64,000 bases of DNA from an uncultured delta proteobacterium. Its GTDB lineage: Bacteria > Desulfobacterota > Binatia > Binatales > Binataceae. The DNA is taken from NCBI GenBank assembly GCA_963806485.1, contig CAWDXY010000004.1, forward strand, positions 613,801 to 677,800, written 5' to 3'. This document shows, in pieces, positions 40,766-49,812 of the stretch; position 1 is the first letter of the stretch; the number at the start of each line of letters is the position of its first letter. Both the position numbers and the translations under genes were made by a program. Below the pieces are notes generated by a model that did no database searches, was not told where the DNA came from, and saw nothing but the letters and a program-made list of their open reading frames with translations.

Positions 40766-41416
40766 TCAAGATACCTCCCGCTTCTCGCTTGGTTCCGATG
40801 CGTCCAGCTCGCGCACTATCGCGGTCGCGATCCGTTTCGCCGTTTCCAGCCCGCGCACAAACTCCGGCGGATCGATCTCAGCCGGCGCAAACAGCACCCG
40901 CTCGAGCGCGAGCGCCTCGAGCTGTCCGAATAGGATGCTAATCAAGTCGTCCAGTTTGCCTTGCCGATCGGCGGGCCAATCGAGCAGTGCGGCGAGACCG
41001 ACGCGAAATCCGTTGCCGAAACGCTCGCTCGCGGCGCGCACCGCGTCGTTGAGCGCGGGATCGGTGCGGCTGGCGACCACCAACTCGAGCCACGCATAGA
41101 ACGTCGGTCCTTTGAACATCGGCCACATCGTGTCGAGTAGCACGCTCAAGCGATGCTCGCGGCTGCCGGACGGCGGCTCCGCGATCGCCGCGCTCATTTC
41201 GCTCAGCCGCAGCTCGAAGACGTGCTCGAGCGCGCCGACTACGAGCTCGTCTTTCCTGGGGAAATGATGCAACTGCGCGCCGCGTGACACTCCGGCTCGG
41301 TTGGCGATTTCGGTCGTCGTCGTGCCCGCGTATCCACGCTCGAAAAGGCACGCCACGGTAGCGTTGAGCAGCCGCCGCCGAGTTTCCGCGCTCCGCTCTT
41401 CTTGCAGCGATGACAT
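40766..41416 (-). CDS. TetR/AcrR-family regulator
   Basis: HTH GYAGTTTTEIANRAGVSRGAQLHHFPRK. Confidence 0.92.
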   Translation of the reverse strand: MSSLQEERSAETRRRLLNATVACLFERGYAGTTTTEIANRAGVSRGAQLHHFPRKDELVVGALEHVFELRLSEMSAAIAEPPSGSREHRLSVLLDTMWPMFKGPTFYAWLELVVASRTDPALNDAVRAASERFGNGFRVGLAALLDWPADRQGKLDDLISILFGQLEALALERVLFAPAEIDPPEFVRGLETAKRIATAIVRELDASEPSEKREVS

Positions 41417-41428
41417 CCGTCTTCGGTA

Positions 41429-41446
41429 ACATGCAGACGTGACTGT
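41429..41446. promoter_or_regulatory. Putative TetR operator
   Basis: Imperfect palindrome ACAnnCA-N4-TGnnTGT (ACATGCAGACGTGACTGT), 12 bp upstream of the TetR start. Confidence 0.5.
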
Positions 41447-41468
41447 TGCAAGCAGGCCCGACTGTTTC

Positions 41469-41494
41469 TTAATGAAATGACCTCATTTCATTAA
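41469..41494. promoter_or_regulatory. Perfect AT-rich inverted repeat (operator or terminator)
   Basis: TTAATGAAATGA-CC-TCATTTCATTAA between the hydratase stop and the TetR start. Confidence 0.5.
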
Positions 41495-41516
41495 CAAATT
41501 CGTTATGCAGAGGACG

Positions 41517-42317
41517 TCAGCGGCCCTTGAATTCGGGGCGGCGCTTTTCCAGAAACGCGCGGACGCCTTCGCGATAGTCCTCGCTGTCGAAGCATCGCGC
41601 GACCATCGCGGAGACCGACTTCGCTTCACGCTCTTCGCGATCTTTCAGGCTCTCGCGGATAGCCAGCTTGGCGGCTGCCATGGTCAGCGGCGCGTTGGTC
41701 GCCATCTTGAGCACGTAGTCGCGCACGTTTTCTTCGAGCTTTTCAGGATCGACGAGCCGGTTGATGAGGCCCATCTGCAATGCCTCTTCGGCGTCGAACA
41801 GGCGCGCCGACAGCAGGATGTCGCGGGCGTTGGCGGGACCCACAGTCTGCGCGAGCATGTTGACGCCTTCCAGCGGATACGCGAGTCCCAGCCGCGCGGC
41901 AGGAACTCCAAAGCGCGTGCCGCGCGCCGCAATCCGGATGTCGCATGCGAGCGCGACCTGCACGCCGCCGCCGACGCATACGCCGGAAATCATCGCGACG
42001 ACGGGCTTGCGGCATTCGACCAGCGCCGCGATTGCGCTGTTGGGCGCGTCGCGATAAGCACGCGCCTGCGCCGCATCGGCGCGCATCGCGGGGAACTCGG
42101 AGATATCCGCGCCCGCGATGAACGCCTGCGGGGTGCCGCCGCGCATCACGATCACGCGAATCGCGTCGTCGGTCGCCAATTCCGCGACGCCTTCCGCAAT
42201 CCGCTGCCAGGTCCTGAGATTGAGCGCGTTGCGAACTTGCGGCCGGTTAAGCCGTAGCCATCCAATCGGCGCCTCGTGGGTTACTATCAACGGATCGACT
42301 GAAGTTTCATCCTTCAC
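41517..42317 (-). CDS. Enoyl-CoA hydratase/isomerase family protein
   Basis: LNRPQVRNAL, AFIAGADI, CVGGG, FGVPAARLG. GTG 42317 with RBS GAGGT. Confidence 0.9.
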   Translation of the reverse strand: MKDETSVDPLIVTHEAPIGWLRLNRPQVRNALNLRTWQRIAEGVAELATDDAIRVIVMRGGTPQAFIAGADISEFPAMRADAAQARAYRDAPNSAIAALVECRKPVVAMISGVCVGGGVQVALACDIRIAARGTRFGVPAARLGLAYPLEGVNMLAQTVGPANARDILLSARLFDAEEALQMGLINRLVDPEKLEENVRDYVLKMATNAPLTMAAAKLAIRESLKDREEREAKSVSAMVARCFDSEDYREGVRAFLEKRRPEFKGR

Positions 42318-42388
42318 AGGACACCGCACCTCTGGCGGGATTTATGACGATAACACCGGCGAAGATTAGGATGGAACCCAAGAGACTT

Positions 42389-42453
42389 AATTGAATGTGA
42401 AACCCGCCGTGGGTTTCACGCTTCCCTGGGCAGGGGTGACCCCTGCACCCAGT
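42389..42453. repeat. Two-hairpin REP/MITE-like element, family 2, copy a
   Basis: GTGAAACCC-N5-GGGTTTCAC plus GCAGGGG-TGA-CCCCTGC. Near-identical inverted copy at 57986-58051. Confidence 0.85.
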
Positions 42454-42466
42454 AACCAAGAAAGAC

Positions 42467-43216
42467 TCAGACGGGACGAAAGACGAAGAAGTCGACCGGC
42501 TCCCTCACGGGTTCATGCGGCGCCGTCTTTGCGTGCTCGCGAAGAGCGGCCAGTCCATCCTCGAATTCCTGATTGGCAAGCTGCACGAGAATCGAGTCGG
42601 CGCGGTAGGCAATCTTCTCCGCGTACGCGTTCCAGCTTTCTGCCGCTTCGCTCGGAACAAGTTGGTGGCGGATGAGTTGAAAGCCGGCGCGCGCGAAAGT
42701 TAATTCGATGAAGGTCTGCGATTGCAATGCGCGATTGAGGATCGGGCGGCTGCCGGGAAAGAAGTCGACGTAGGCGTAGCTGTCGATTCGATCGGTCGTA
42801 GCCGCGCGGAGGCAAACCGAGCCTTCCCGGCGCAGCACTCGTCGACATTCCGCGGCGGCGCGGTCGGGATGCTCGAAGTGATGAAACGCCATCGAGATGA
42901 AAACCAAGTCCACCGAAGCGTCGCGGAGCGGAATCGATTCTCCCGACGCGCGATAGTAGCGAACGCGTTCCGATGCTTTCCGTCGCGCCTGCGCGAGCAT
43001 CTTCTGCGACGGATCCATGCCGATGACGCTCGCCCCGAAGTAGTCCGCCAGCGCATTCGAGTACCTGCCGGTGCCGCATCCGAGGTCGAGAATTTTCGAA
43101 ACCGAGCCTTTGGGCACGGACAGCGAAATTACCTCGAGCCAGCGCGCGAGCGTGCCCGGCGAGTAGCCGCGCCCCGCATCATAGGCGGCAGGCATTTCAG
43201 TGTTGTCGTAGTTCAC
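42467..43216 (-). CDS. Class I SAM-dependent methyltransferase
   Basis: ILDLGCGTG, GMDPS, SVDLVF...FHH. Confidence 0.9.
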   Translation of the reverse strand: MNYDNTEMPAAYDAGRGYSPGTLARWLEVISLSVPKGSVSKILDLGCGTGRYSNALADYFGASVIGMDPSQKMLAQARRKASERVRYYRASGESIPLRDASVDLVFISMAFHHFEHPDRAAAECRRVLRREGSVCLRAATTDRIDSYAYVDFFPGSRPILNRALQSQTFIELTFARAGFQLIRHQLVPSEAAESWNAYAEKIAYRADSILVQLANQEFEDGLAALREHAKTAPHEPVREPVDFFVFRPV

Positions 43217-43245
43217 AGGTCGCGCCGAGCACCGATCCGGGTTTC

Positions 43246-43409
43246 TTCGCTTCGCTCAGAATGACACAAAAAAAGAATGAGATAGAGGGTTAGTGAGCAT
43301 GCGGTCTTCGCAGAACCCTCACCTACCGGCCGCGATGCGGCCGGCCTCCTCTCCCGTAAAAAGAACGGGCGAGGTAAGATTCGCTTCGCTCAGGATACAC
43401 ACAAAAAAG
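43246..43409. repeat. Composite BIME-like repeat: two direct repeats flanking a double hairpin
   Basis: TTCGCTTCGCTCAG...ACAAAAAAG at 43246-43275 and 43380-43409 flank CCGGCCGC-GAT-GCGGCCGG and CCTCTCCCGT...ACGGGCGAGG. Confidence 0.7.
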
Positions 43410-43465
43410 TTCTAGCAGGGACCCTGCGAGTACTCAGGGTAAACTCCGCCTGCATCTTTCCTGGT

Positions 43466-43503
43466 ACTGGGTGCAGAGGTCACCCCTACTTTCACATACA
43501 ATT
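43466..43503. repeat. Family 2 element, internally deleted copy c
   Basis: ACTGGGTGCAGAGGTCACCCCTAC is joined directly to TTTCACATACAATT, i.e. both ends of the 57986-58051 copy. Confidence 0.65.
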
Positions 43504-43698
43504 GAGTTCTCTCCCACTGGCTGTGGGGGCCATTGTGTCGCTTCGCTGCTTCCTGTACCATTGCGGCCAAGTCAATCGTGACTTTATGCGCGCGTCGGAT
43601 TCCGTGACGCCACCCTCTCAACTCATCAGAACCACAAGTTCGGCACTTTCTTTTTTTTTGCGAACTGGAATCCGGGGCTCTGAACCATAGGATACAGT

Positions 43699-44916
43699 TT
43701 GTCGTTTTCTGAATTTCCCGTATCGCCAGAGATCCATCGTTCAATCAAAGACCGCGGTCATCACACACCGACCCCGGTCCAGGCCGGAGCTATCCCGGTC
43801 GCGCTCAGCGGGCGCGACGTGGTGGCCACGGCTGAAACCGGCAGCGGCAAGACCGCAGCCTTTCTGATCCCGACTATCGATCGGCTGCATCGCAAGCACA
43901 CGCGCCATCTCGCGGCGCTGGTGATCATGCCGACGCGCGAGCTGGCCGCACAGGCCGCGCGCGAGTTCGATCTGATCGCACGCCACACGCACATCCGCTG
44001 CGCGACCGTCGTTGGCGGCGAATCCGAGCGGCACCAGATCGACCAGATTCGCAAGGGCGCGCAAGTGCTCGTCGCATGTCCCGGACGGCTCATCGACTTT
44101 ATCGAGCGCGGCATCGTCAAGCTCGACAAGATTGAAGTCGTGATCATCGACGAAGCCGACCGCCTGCTCGACATGGGCTTCCTGCCGCAACTGCGGCGCA
44201 TCATGCGGATGGTGCCGAAGCAGCGGCAGACCATGATGTTCTCGGCGACGATGGCGTCGGGTCCCGAGATGATCGCGCGCGAATTTCTGACCACGCCCGA
44301 GCGCGTCACGGTCGGCGGACACAAAGCCGCGCCGCCGTCGCAGATTCGCCAGTCGATTTACCCGGTCACGCTCGAGAACAAGGGGCCGGTGCTGCTCGAG
44401 ATTCTGAAAAGGCCCGAAGTGGAGAGCGCGATCGTCTTCACGCGCACCAAGAGCCGCGCGGACCGGGTCGCCAAGCTGCTGATACGCGCGAACATCAAGG
44501 CGGTGCAGATTCACGGCGACCGCTCCCAGAGCCAGCGCAACGCGGCGCTGGCGGGATTCCGCGCGCACAAGTTTCGCGTGATGGTGGCGACTGACGTGGC
44601 CGCCCGCGGACTCGACATCCCCGACGTTTCGCACGTCATTAACTTCGATCTGCCCGACGAGACCGACGGCTACATCCATCGCATCGGCCGCACGGCCAGG
44701 ATGGGCAAGGCGGGCGAAGCGATCAGCCTGGTGACGCAGGACGAACGCGTCAACCTGGCGCGGCTGGAACGCACGCTCGGCAACGCGCTCGATCGCGAGC
44801 ACGTCGAGGGTTTCGAGAAAATCGAAATTCACGCGCCCAAGCCGGTGACCGTGTTCCGCTCGTCGGGCGCGCGCAATCGATCGACGCGCAACCGCCCGCG
44901 CTCGCGCTGGGCGTAA
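43699..44916 (+). CDS. DEAD-box RNA helicase (RhlE-like)
   Basis: PTPVQ, AETGSGKT, PTRELA, DEAD, FSAT, ATDVAARGLD, HRIGRTAR, basic tail. Confidence 0.95.
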   Translation: MSFSEFPVSPEIHRSIKDRGHHTPTPVQAGAIPVALSGRDVVATAETGSGKTAAFLIPTIDRLHRKHTRHLAALVIMPTRELAAQAAREFDLIARHTHIRCATVVGGESERHQIDQIRKGAQVLVACPGRLIDFIERGIVKLDKIEVVIIDEADRLLDMGFLPQLRRIMRMVPKQRQTMMFSATMASGPEMIAREFLTTPERVTVGGHKAAPPSQIRQSIYPVTLENKGPVLLEILKRPEVESAIVFTRTKSRADRVAKLLIRANIKAVQIHGDRSQSQRNAALAGFRAHKFRVMVATDVAARGLDIPDVSHVINFDLPDETDGYIHRIGRTARMGKAGEAISLVTQDERVNLARLERTLGNALDREHVEGFEKIEIHAPKPVTVFRSSGARNRSTRNRPRSRWA

Positions 44917-44941
44917 TCCGCAACCACCGCAATCTCCCGAA

Positions 44942-45496
44942 ATGAGTCCTGCCACCGAGCCGATCGCAACCGCGATCGGCTCGGTGGAAATCGCGCTGGC
45001 CGTTAGCGCCGACCTTGAGGACGTGCTCGATATTCTTAAGGAGTCGGCGCGATGGCTTGCGTCGCGCGGGATCAATCAGTGGCGGGTGGACGGATTTCCG
45101 CGCGATCTGATCGCCGGTGACATCTCGCACGGCGAGGTATACGTCGCCAGACGCGAGCGCCGCGCCGCTGGCACGTTCACGCTCCAATGGAGCGACGAGT
45201 TGTTCTGGCCCGGCACGACCGACGCCGCAGGTTACATCCACCGAATCGCGGTGCGTCGCGAGGCGCGCGGTTTGGGCGTCAAGCTGCTCAGGTTTGCCGA
45301 ACGAGTCACGGCGGCCACGGGCCGCAAGCTGCTTCGGCTCGATTGTTTTTCGGGCAACGCCGCGCTTTGCGGTTACTACGAGCGTGCCGGATTCGTGCGC
45401 GTCGCCGACGTGGCGGTCGACGGTCGCGACGACGCGACAGTACCCGAATCCACCGGCCGTTTCTTAGCGCGCCAGTACGAAAAATCGCTGCACTGA
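44942..45496 (+). CDS. GNAT-family N-acetyltransferase
   Basis: YIHRIAVRREARGLG, LRLDC...L..YYE..GF. Confidence 0.85.
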   Translation: MSPATEPIATAIGSVEIALAVSADLEDVLDILKESARWLASRGINQWRVDGFPRDLIAGDISHGEVYVARRERRAAGTFTLQWSDELFWPGTTDAAGYIHRIAVRREARGLGVKLLRFAERVTAATGRKLLRLDCFSGNAALCGYYERAGFVRVADVAVDGRDDATVPESTGRFLARQYEKSLH

Positions 45497-45583
45497 TTCG
45501 GCTCGGGGCCGCAAGCGACGCGCCTCGCCGTTCTGTCCTTTTTCCGAATCTCGTATCCGGCTAGAGTTTCATTATCAAACAAA

Positions 45584-47380
45584 ATGAAGCGCCATAATCC
45601 TGTCTCCATCCTCCTCCGCTGCGCGATGGTCTCGACGTACGTCCTGCTGCTCACCATGACTTCCTGCAGCTCGGTCAAGCTGCTGCTCGCCGGCGGCGAA
45701 AAGCAGGTCAAACATCATCTTCGGCCGGAGGAGCCGGGTCCGTACGTTTTGATTTTCGCTTTTGACGGGGCCGGTCGCGACCAGCTCATGGAAGCGATTA
45801 ACTCGGGCAAAGCCCCTGCGATGGCGAAGATGCTTGGCAAGCCCGAGGAAGACGGCTTGTACGAGCATGCGTACTCGGTGCCGAACGCTGTCACTATCCT
45901 GCCCTCGACTACCATCGCGGCATGGTCGGCGATTTTCACCGGCGCGTCGACGGCCTGGAACGGGGTGCCGGGCAACGAATGGTTCGTGCGCGAGGAGATG
46001 AAATTCTACGCGCCAGTGCCCGTGTCGGTCCCGGAGATGGACGACAACCGCGCCATGATTATGGACGGGCTGGTCGGCAAGTCGCTCAAGAGCCCAACGT
46101 TGTTCAAGCAGGCCGGAGTGAAATCCGCCGTCTCGCTGAACCCGGTTTATCGAAGCGCCGACTATTTCACGGTTATCGATCCGGTCTCGATGGTCACCCT
46201 GTATACGGAATTCATCGCAAAGGGCGGCGGCGAGAATTCACCCGCGAAGATCGATGTCTACCAGAAGATGGACCAGGATTCGGTGCCCAAGCTGCTCGAT
46301 TCCATTGAGGCTCACGGCATCCCCAAAATCCAGGTTGTCTACTTTCCGGGAATCGACTTGTTCACGCACCTGGCCACCGATCCGTTGCCGATGGAGGTGA
46401 ACTACCTCGAGACGGTGACCGATCCGCTGGTTGCTCAAGTGCTCGCCGCCTACCAGAACTACGGCATTCTCGATCAGACCTACGTGATCATAATCGCCGA
46501 TCACGGCCATACTCCCGTCTTAAGAGATTCGCAGCATGCCCTCGGCTCCGATTCCAACCACGGCCCGGCAGACGTCGTCACCGCGGCAGGGTTCCGGCCG
46601 AGAAAATTTGTCCTGAACCCCGGCCCCAAAGAACAGGACTACCAGGCCGCTTTCGCGTACCAAGGCGCGATCGCCTACGTCTACCTGGCCGACCGCTCGA
46701 CCTGCCCGAATCCCGGCACGACTTGCGACTGGAAGCGTCCACCTCGCTACGAAGAAGATGTGCTGCCGGCTGTGCGGGCATTTTACAACTCGAACAAAAC
46801 CGGCCAGCCGGTGCCGCAGATGAAGGGCACGCTCGACTTGATTTTCGCGCGCGTTCCGACTCCGCCGGGAAAAGATACCAACGAATTCGAAATCTACGAC
46901 GGTCATCACCTGGAGCCGATTTGGGAATACCTGCTCTTCCATCACCGGCCTGATTTGATCCAGCTCGACCGGCGGATGCGATGGTTGAGTGTGGGGCCGT
47001 ACGGCAATCGTGCCGGCGACATCCTGCTGCTAACGAAGTCGGGACTGAACAACCCGATTCAGAATCGCTACTACTTCTCGGGCCCGTATCACTCGTGGCA
47101 TGGCAGCGCGTCGCCGCAGGACAGCTACGTACCGCTGATCGTCGCGCGGCAAAACTATTCGAGCGCCAAAATCAGGAAGATCGTAGACAGGGCCGCGGGC
47201 CACGAGCCTTCGCACCTGTCGCTGGTGCCGATCGTTCAGGCGCTGCTCGCGACGGAACCGACGCCGGGCCCCCCTGGCGCGACGCCGCCGGCATCTGTCG
47301 CGACGAATCCCGTGCCCGCCGCGCCGCCGCCTAGCGCGGGATCGGCCCCGTCAGCGACGCCCGCTGCGAAATCTCAATGA
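45584..47380 (+). CDS. Alkaline phosphatase superfamily (nucleotide pyrophosphatase/phosphodiesterase-like) exported protein
   Basis: FAFDG, PSTT nucleophile, DLFTH, ADHGH, WHG. Signal or lipobox LTMTSC and a Pro/Ala-rich tail. Confidence 0.8.
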   Translation: MKRHNPVSILLRCAMVSTYVLLLTMTSCSSVKLLLAGGEKQVKHHLRPEEPGPYVLIFAFDGAGRDQLMEAINSGKAPAMAKMLGKPEEDGLYEHAYSVPNAVTILPSTTIAAWSAIFTGASTAWNGVPGNEWFVREEMKFYAPVPVSVPEMDDNRAMIMDGLVGKSLKSPTLFKQAGVKSAVSLNPVYRSADYFTVIDPVSMVTLYTEFIAKGGGENSPAKIDVYQKMDQDSVPKLLDSIEAHGIPKIQVVYFPGIDLFTHLATDPLPMEVNYLETVTDPLVAQVLAAYQNYGILDQTYVIIIADHGHTPVLRDSQHALGSDSNHGPADVVTAAGFRPRKFVLNPGPKEQDYQAAFAYQGAIAYVYLADRSTCPNPGTTCDWKRPPRYEEDVLPAVRAFYNSNKTGQPVPQMKGTLDLIFARVPTPPGKDTNEFEIYDGHHLEPIWEYLLFHHRPDLIQLDRRMRWLSVGPYGNRAGDILLLTKSGLNNPIQNRYYFSGPYHSWHGSASPQDSYVPLIVARQNYSSAKIRKIVDRAAGHEPSHLSLVPIVQALLATEPTPGPPGATPPASVATNPVPAAPPPSAGSAPSATPAAKSQ

Positions 47381-48047
47381 AGTTGCCGTCGGGGTCGCGG
47401 ATGAATGAAATGCGCGCGACCGCGCCCAGCGTCACCGGCGCAGCGCCTTCCCACACGCCCATCGACATGAAGCGTCGATGCTCGGCGTCGACGTCGCGCA
47501 CCTGCACCGTGATGTAGCGCATCCCGACTGCGCGCATCGACGCGAGCGCGTCCATCGCGCTGCCCGGCGGTGACTTCGGCGCGCGCGTCGCCGCGCCGTC
47601 GCGCTGGAAGCTGATAATCGTCTCGCCGAGCTTGAAGCGGCCGGCGCCAAGCCGCTCGGCGTTCAGCGCGTCGCCGTAAAAGTGCTCGAAGGCGGCCTCG
47701 TCGGTGACGTCGATATGGATTTCGATCTGATTGACGCCACGCTGGCCGGTCGGCACCAGCTCGAGGTCGTTGCCGTCGGGATCCTGCATCGCAAGCGCCA
47801 TCGGCGTGCGCGGATCGGAAATCGAAAGCTTGCGATAACCGCCGGCGACTCGCGACGGCAACGGATCGCGGGCGTGATTTATCTTCAGCACCGAGCCGAG
47901 CAATCCGTAACGATACTGCCGCACGCCACCGCCGACCGGCAGCAGCTCTTCATAGGGCAGGCGGACTCGTTCGCTGTAAAACGCGCGCATCTCGTCGAGC
48001 CGGTTGGTGAAAATCCCCATGTCGACGAATCGCTTTGCCAATTCCAT
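47331..48047 (-). CDS. Two-domain VOC family protein
   Basis: Two repeated DPDGN...E motifs. Start at MELAKRFVD. Confidence 0.75.
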   Translation of the reverse strand: MELAKRFVDMGIFTNRLDEMRAFYSERVRLPYEELLPVGGGVRQYRYGLLGSVLKINHARDPLPSRVAGGYRKLSISDPRTPMALAMQDPDGNDLELVPTGQRGVNQIEIHIDVTDEAAFEHFYGDALNAERLGAGRFKLGETIISFQRDGAATRAPKSPPGSAMDALASMRAVGMRYITVQVRDVDAEHRRFMSMGVWEGAAPVTLGAVARISFIRDPDGNFIEISQRASLTGPIPR

Positions 48048-48104
48048 TTTCGATCTCCCGCAACTATCCTCGCGCATCTCGCGATCAGCATTCAATCCAG
48101 CTCT

Positions 48105-48129
48105 TGCCTCTCTCTATCAGGGAGAGGCA
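48105..48129. repeat. Hairpin in a divergent intergenic region, possibly REP-related
   Basis: TGCCTCTCTC-TATCA-GGGAGAGGCA. Polypyrimidine/polypurine stem like family 1. Confidence 0.35.
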
Positions 48130-48176
48130 GGATGAAGATGGTTGCATCGTGGAGATTATTAACTATAGTTAAGTAT

Positions 48177-48938
48177 ATGACCAACACCGACCAGAGCTGG
48201 GACCCCGACACTTACGCGCGCAACGCCCGCTTCGTCTCCGACCTCGGCGCGCCGGTGGTCGAGCTGCTGGCGCCGCGCCCAGGCGAGCGAATCCTCGACC
48301 TCGGATGCGGCGACGGCGTGCTCACGAAGAAGCTCGCGGAGCTCGGATGCGAGGTCGTCGGCGTCGACGCGAGCGCGGCGCAGGTTCAGGCAGCACGACG
48401 CCTCGGTCTCGACGCGCGCGTCGCCGACGGCGCGCGGCTGGCCTTCGACGCCGAGTTCGACGCCGTGTTCAGCAACGCCGCAATCCACTGGATGAAGCCC
48501 GCCGACGACGTGATCGCCGGCGTATGGCGCGCGCTGCGGCCCGGCGGCCGCTTCGTCGGTGAGTTCGGGGGCCACGGCTGCGTCGCGACTGTCAAGCGCG
48601 CGCTGATCGACGCGCTGCGACGCCGCGGTATCGACGGCGAGGCGCTCAACCCGTGGTACTTTCCGACCGTCGAGGACTATTCCGCGCGGCTCGCGCGCCG
48701 CGGCTTTGCGGTCAGGTACATCGCGCTGATTCCCCGCCCCACTCCGCTGCCTACCGAAATCAACGGATGGCTCGAGACGTTTGCGCAGAGCTTCATGGCG
48801 CCGCTGGCGGACAACGATCGCGCCGGCTTTATCGACGAGGTGTGCGAAACGCTGCGGCCCGATCTGTGCGACAGCGACGGCAAATGGTCTGCCGACTACG
48901 TTCGCATCCGATTTGCCGCCGACAAGCCGCGCGCCTGA
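48177..48938 (+). CDS. Class I SAM-dependent methyltransferase (Tam-like)
   Basis: ILDLGCGDG, FDAVFSNAAIHW, ADYVRIRF. Start at ATG 48177. Confidence 0.9.
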   Translation: MTNTDQSWDPDTYARNARFVSDLGAPVVELLAPRPGERILDLGCGDGVLTKKLAELGCEVVGVDASAAQVQAARRLGLDARVADGARLAFDAEFDAVFSNAAIHWMKPADDVIAGVWRALRPGGRFVGEFGGHGCVATVKRALIDALRRRGIDGEALNPWYFPTVEDYSARLARRGFAVRYIALIPRPTPLPTEINGWLETFAQSFMAPLADNDRAGFIDEVCETLRPDLCDSDGKWSADYVRIRFAADKPRA

Positions 48939-48990
48939 TATCCCGGCGATTGAGTTCGCGCGCGTCAGGCGGCAGTATTGCCGGGAGAAG

Positions 48991-49734
48991 ATGAGCATCT
49001 TTCGCGAGCTGACAGAGGGACTGCCGCGACAAGCGCCCGGCTCCACAGCGGCCACACTGCGCGCGCTCGGGATGGTCCGCGGGCTGCCGCCGCGTCCGCG
49101 AATTCTGGACGTCGGATGCGGTCCGGGCGCGCAGACTATCGATCTCGCGCGCGGGACAGGCGGCTGGATCGTGGCCGTCGACATCCGCCAGCGATTTCTC
49201 GACGAGCTGACCGAACGCGCCGGCGCGGCGGGAGTTCTGCAACAGGTGACGACGGTCAACGCGTCGATGTTCGACATGGATTTCGCCGACGCGTCGTTCG
49301 ACCTGATCTGGTCCGAGGGCGCCATCTATATCGCGGGATTCGCCGCCGGTCTCGACGCGTGGCGGCGTTTTCTGAAACCTGGCGGATGGCTCGCGGTCTC
49401 CGAACTCACCTGGCTGGTGCCCGATCCGCCGGCCGAGGCCGCCGAATATTGGGCGCGCGGCTATCCCGGCATGGGAACGATCGAGCGCAATTGCCAGATC
49501 GTCACCGAAACGGGTTACGCGGGCGCCGACGGATTCGTGCTGCCAGAGCAGGATTGGTGGAACAATTATTATGGGCCGGCCGAGCGGCGGGTCGAGGAGC
49601 TAAGAGAAAAGTACGCGGACGATCCCGACATGCTCGCAACCCTCGACGAGCATCAGCGCGAGCACGATCTCTTCCGCGCGTATCACGACGCCTACGGCTA
49701 CGTCTTTTACGTGATGCGCAAACCCGCCGCGTGA
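48991..49734 (+). CDS. Class I SAM-dependent methyltransferase
   Basis: LPRQAPGS, ILDVGCGPG, FDLIWSEGAIY, YGYVFYV. RBS GGGAG. Confidence 0.9.
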   Translation: MSIFRELTEGLPRQAPGSTAATLRALGMVRGLPPRPRILDVGCGPGAQTIDLARGTGGWIVAVDIRQRFLDELTERAGAAGVLQQVTTVNASMFDMDFADASFDLIWSEGAIYIAGFAAGLDAWRRFLKPGGWLAVSELTWLVPDPPAEAAEYWARGYPGMGTIERNCQIVTETGYAGADGFVLPEQDWWNNYYGPAERRVEELREKYADDPDMLATLDEHQREHDLFRAYHDAYGYVFYVMRKPAA

Positions 49735-49812
49735 CCTGACTCGCTCGCTTTCATTTCCGCCCAATCTGGGTTACCTGTTGCGATATAAGTCATCAGCCTC
49801 GCGAGGATTGAA

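Noticed and set aside
43412-43744. 110-aa minus-strand ORF upstream of the DEAD-box gene
   Set aside because: It runs through repeat DNA and a poly-T tract and overlaps the helicase start, with no motifs.
47331-47380. 50-bp convergent overlap of the phosphodiesterase and VOC genes (also 60904-60917)
   Set aside because: Short tail-to-tail overlaps through low-complexity C-termini are common in GC-rich genomes.
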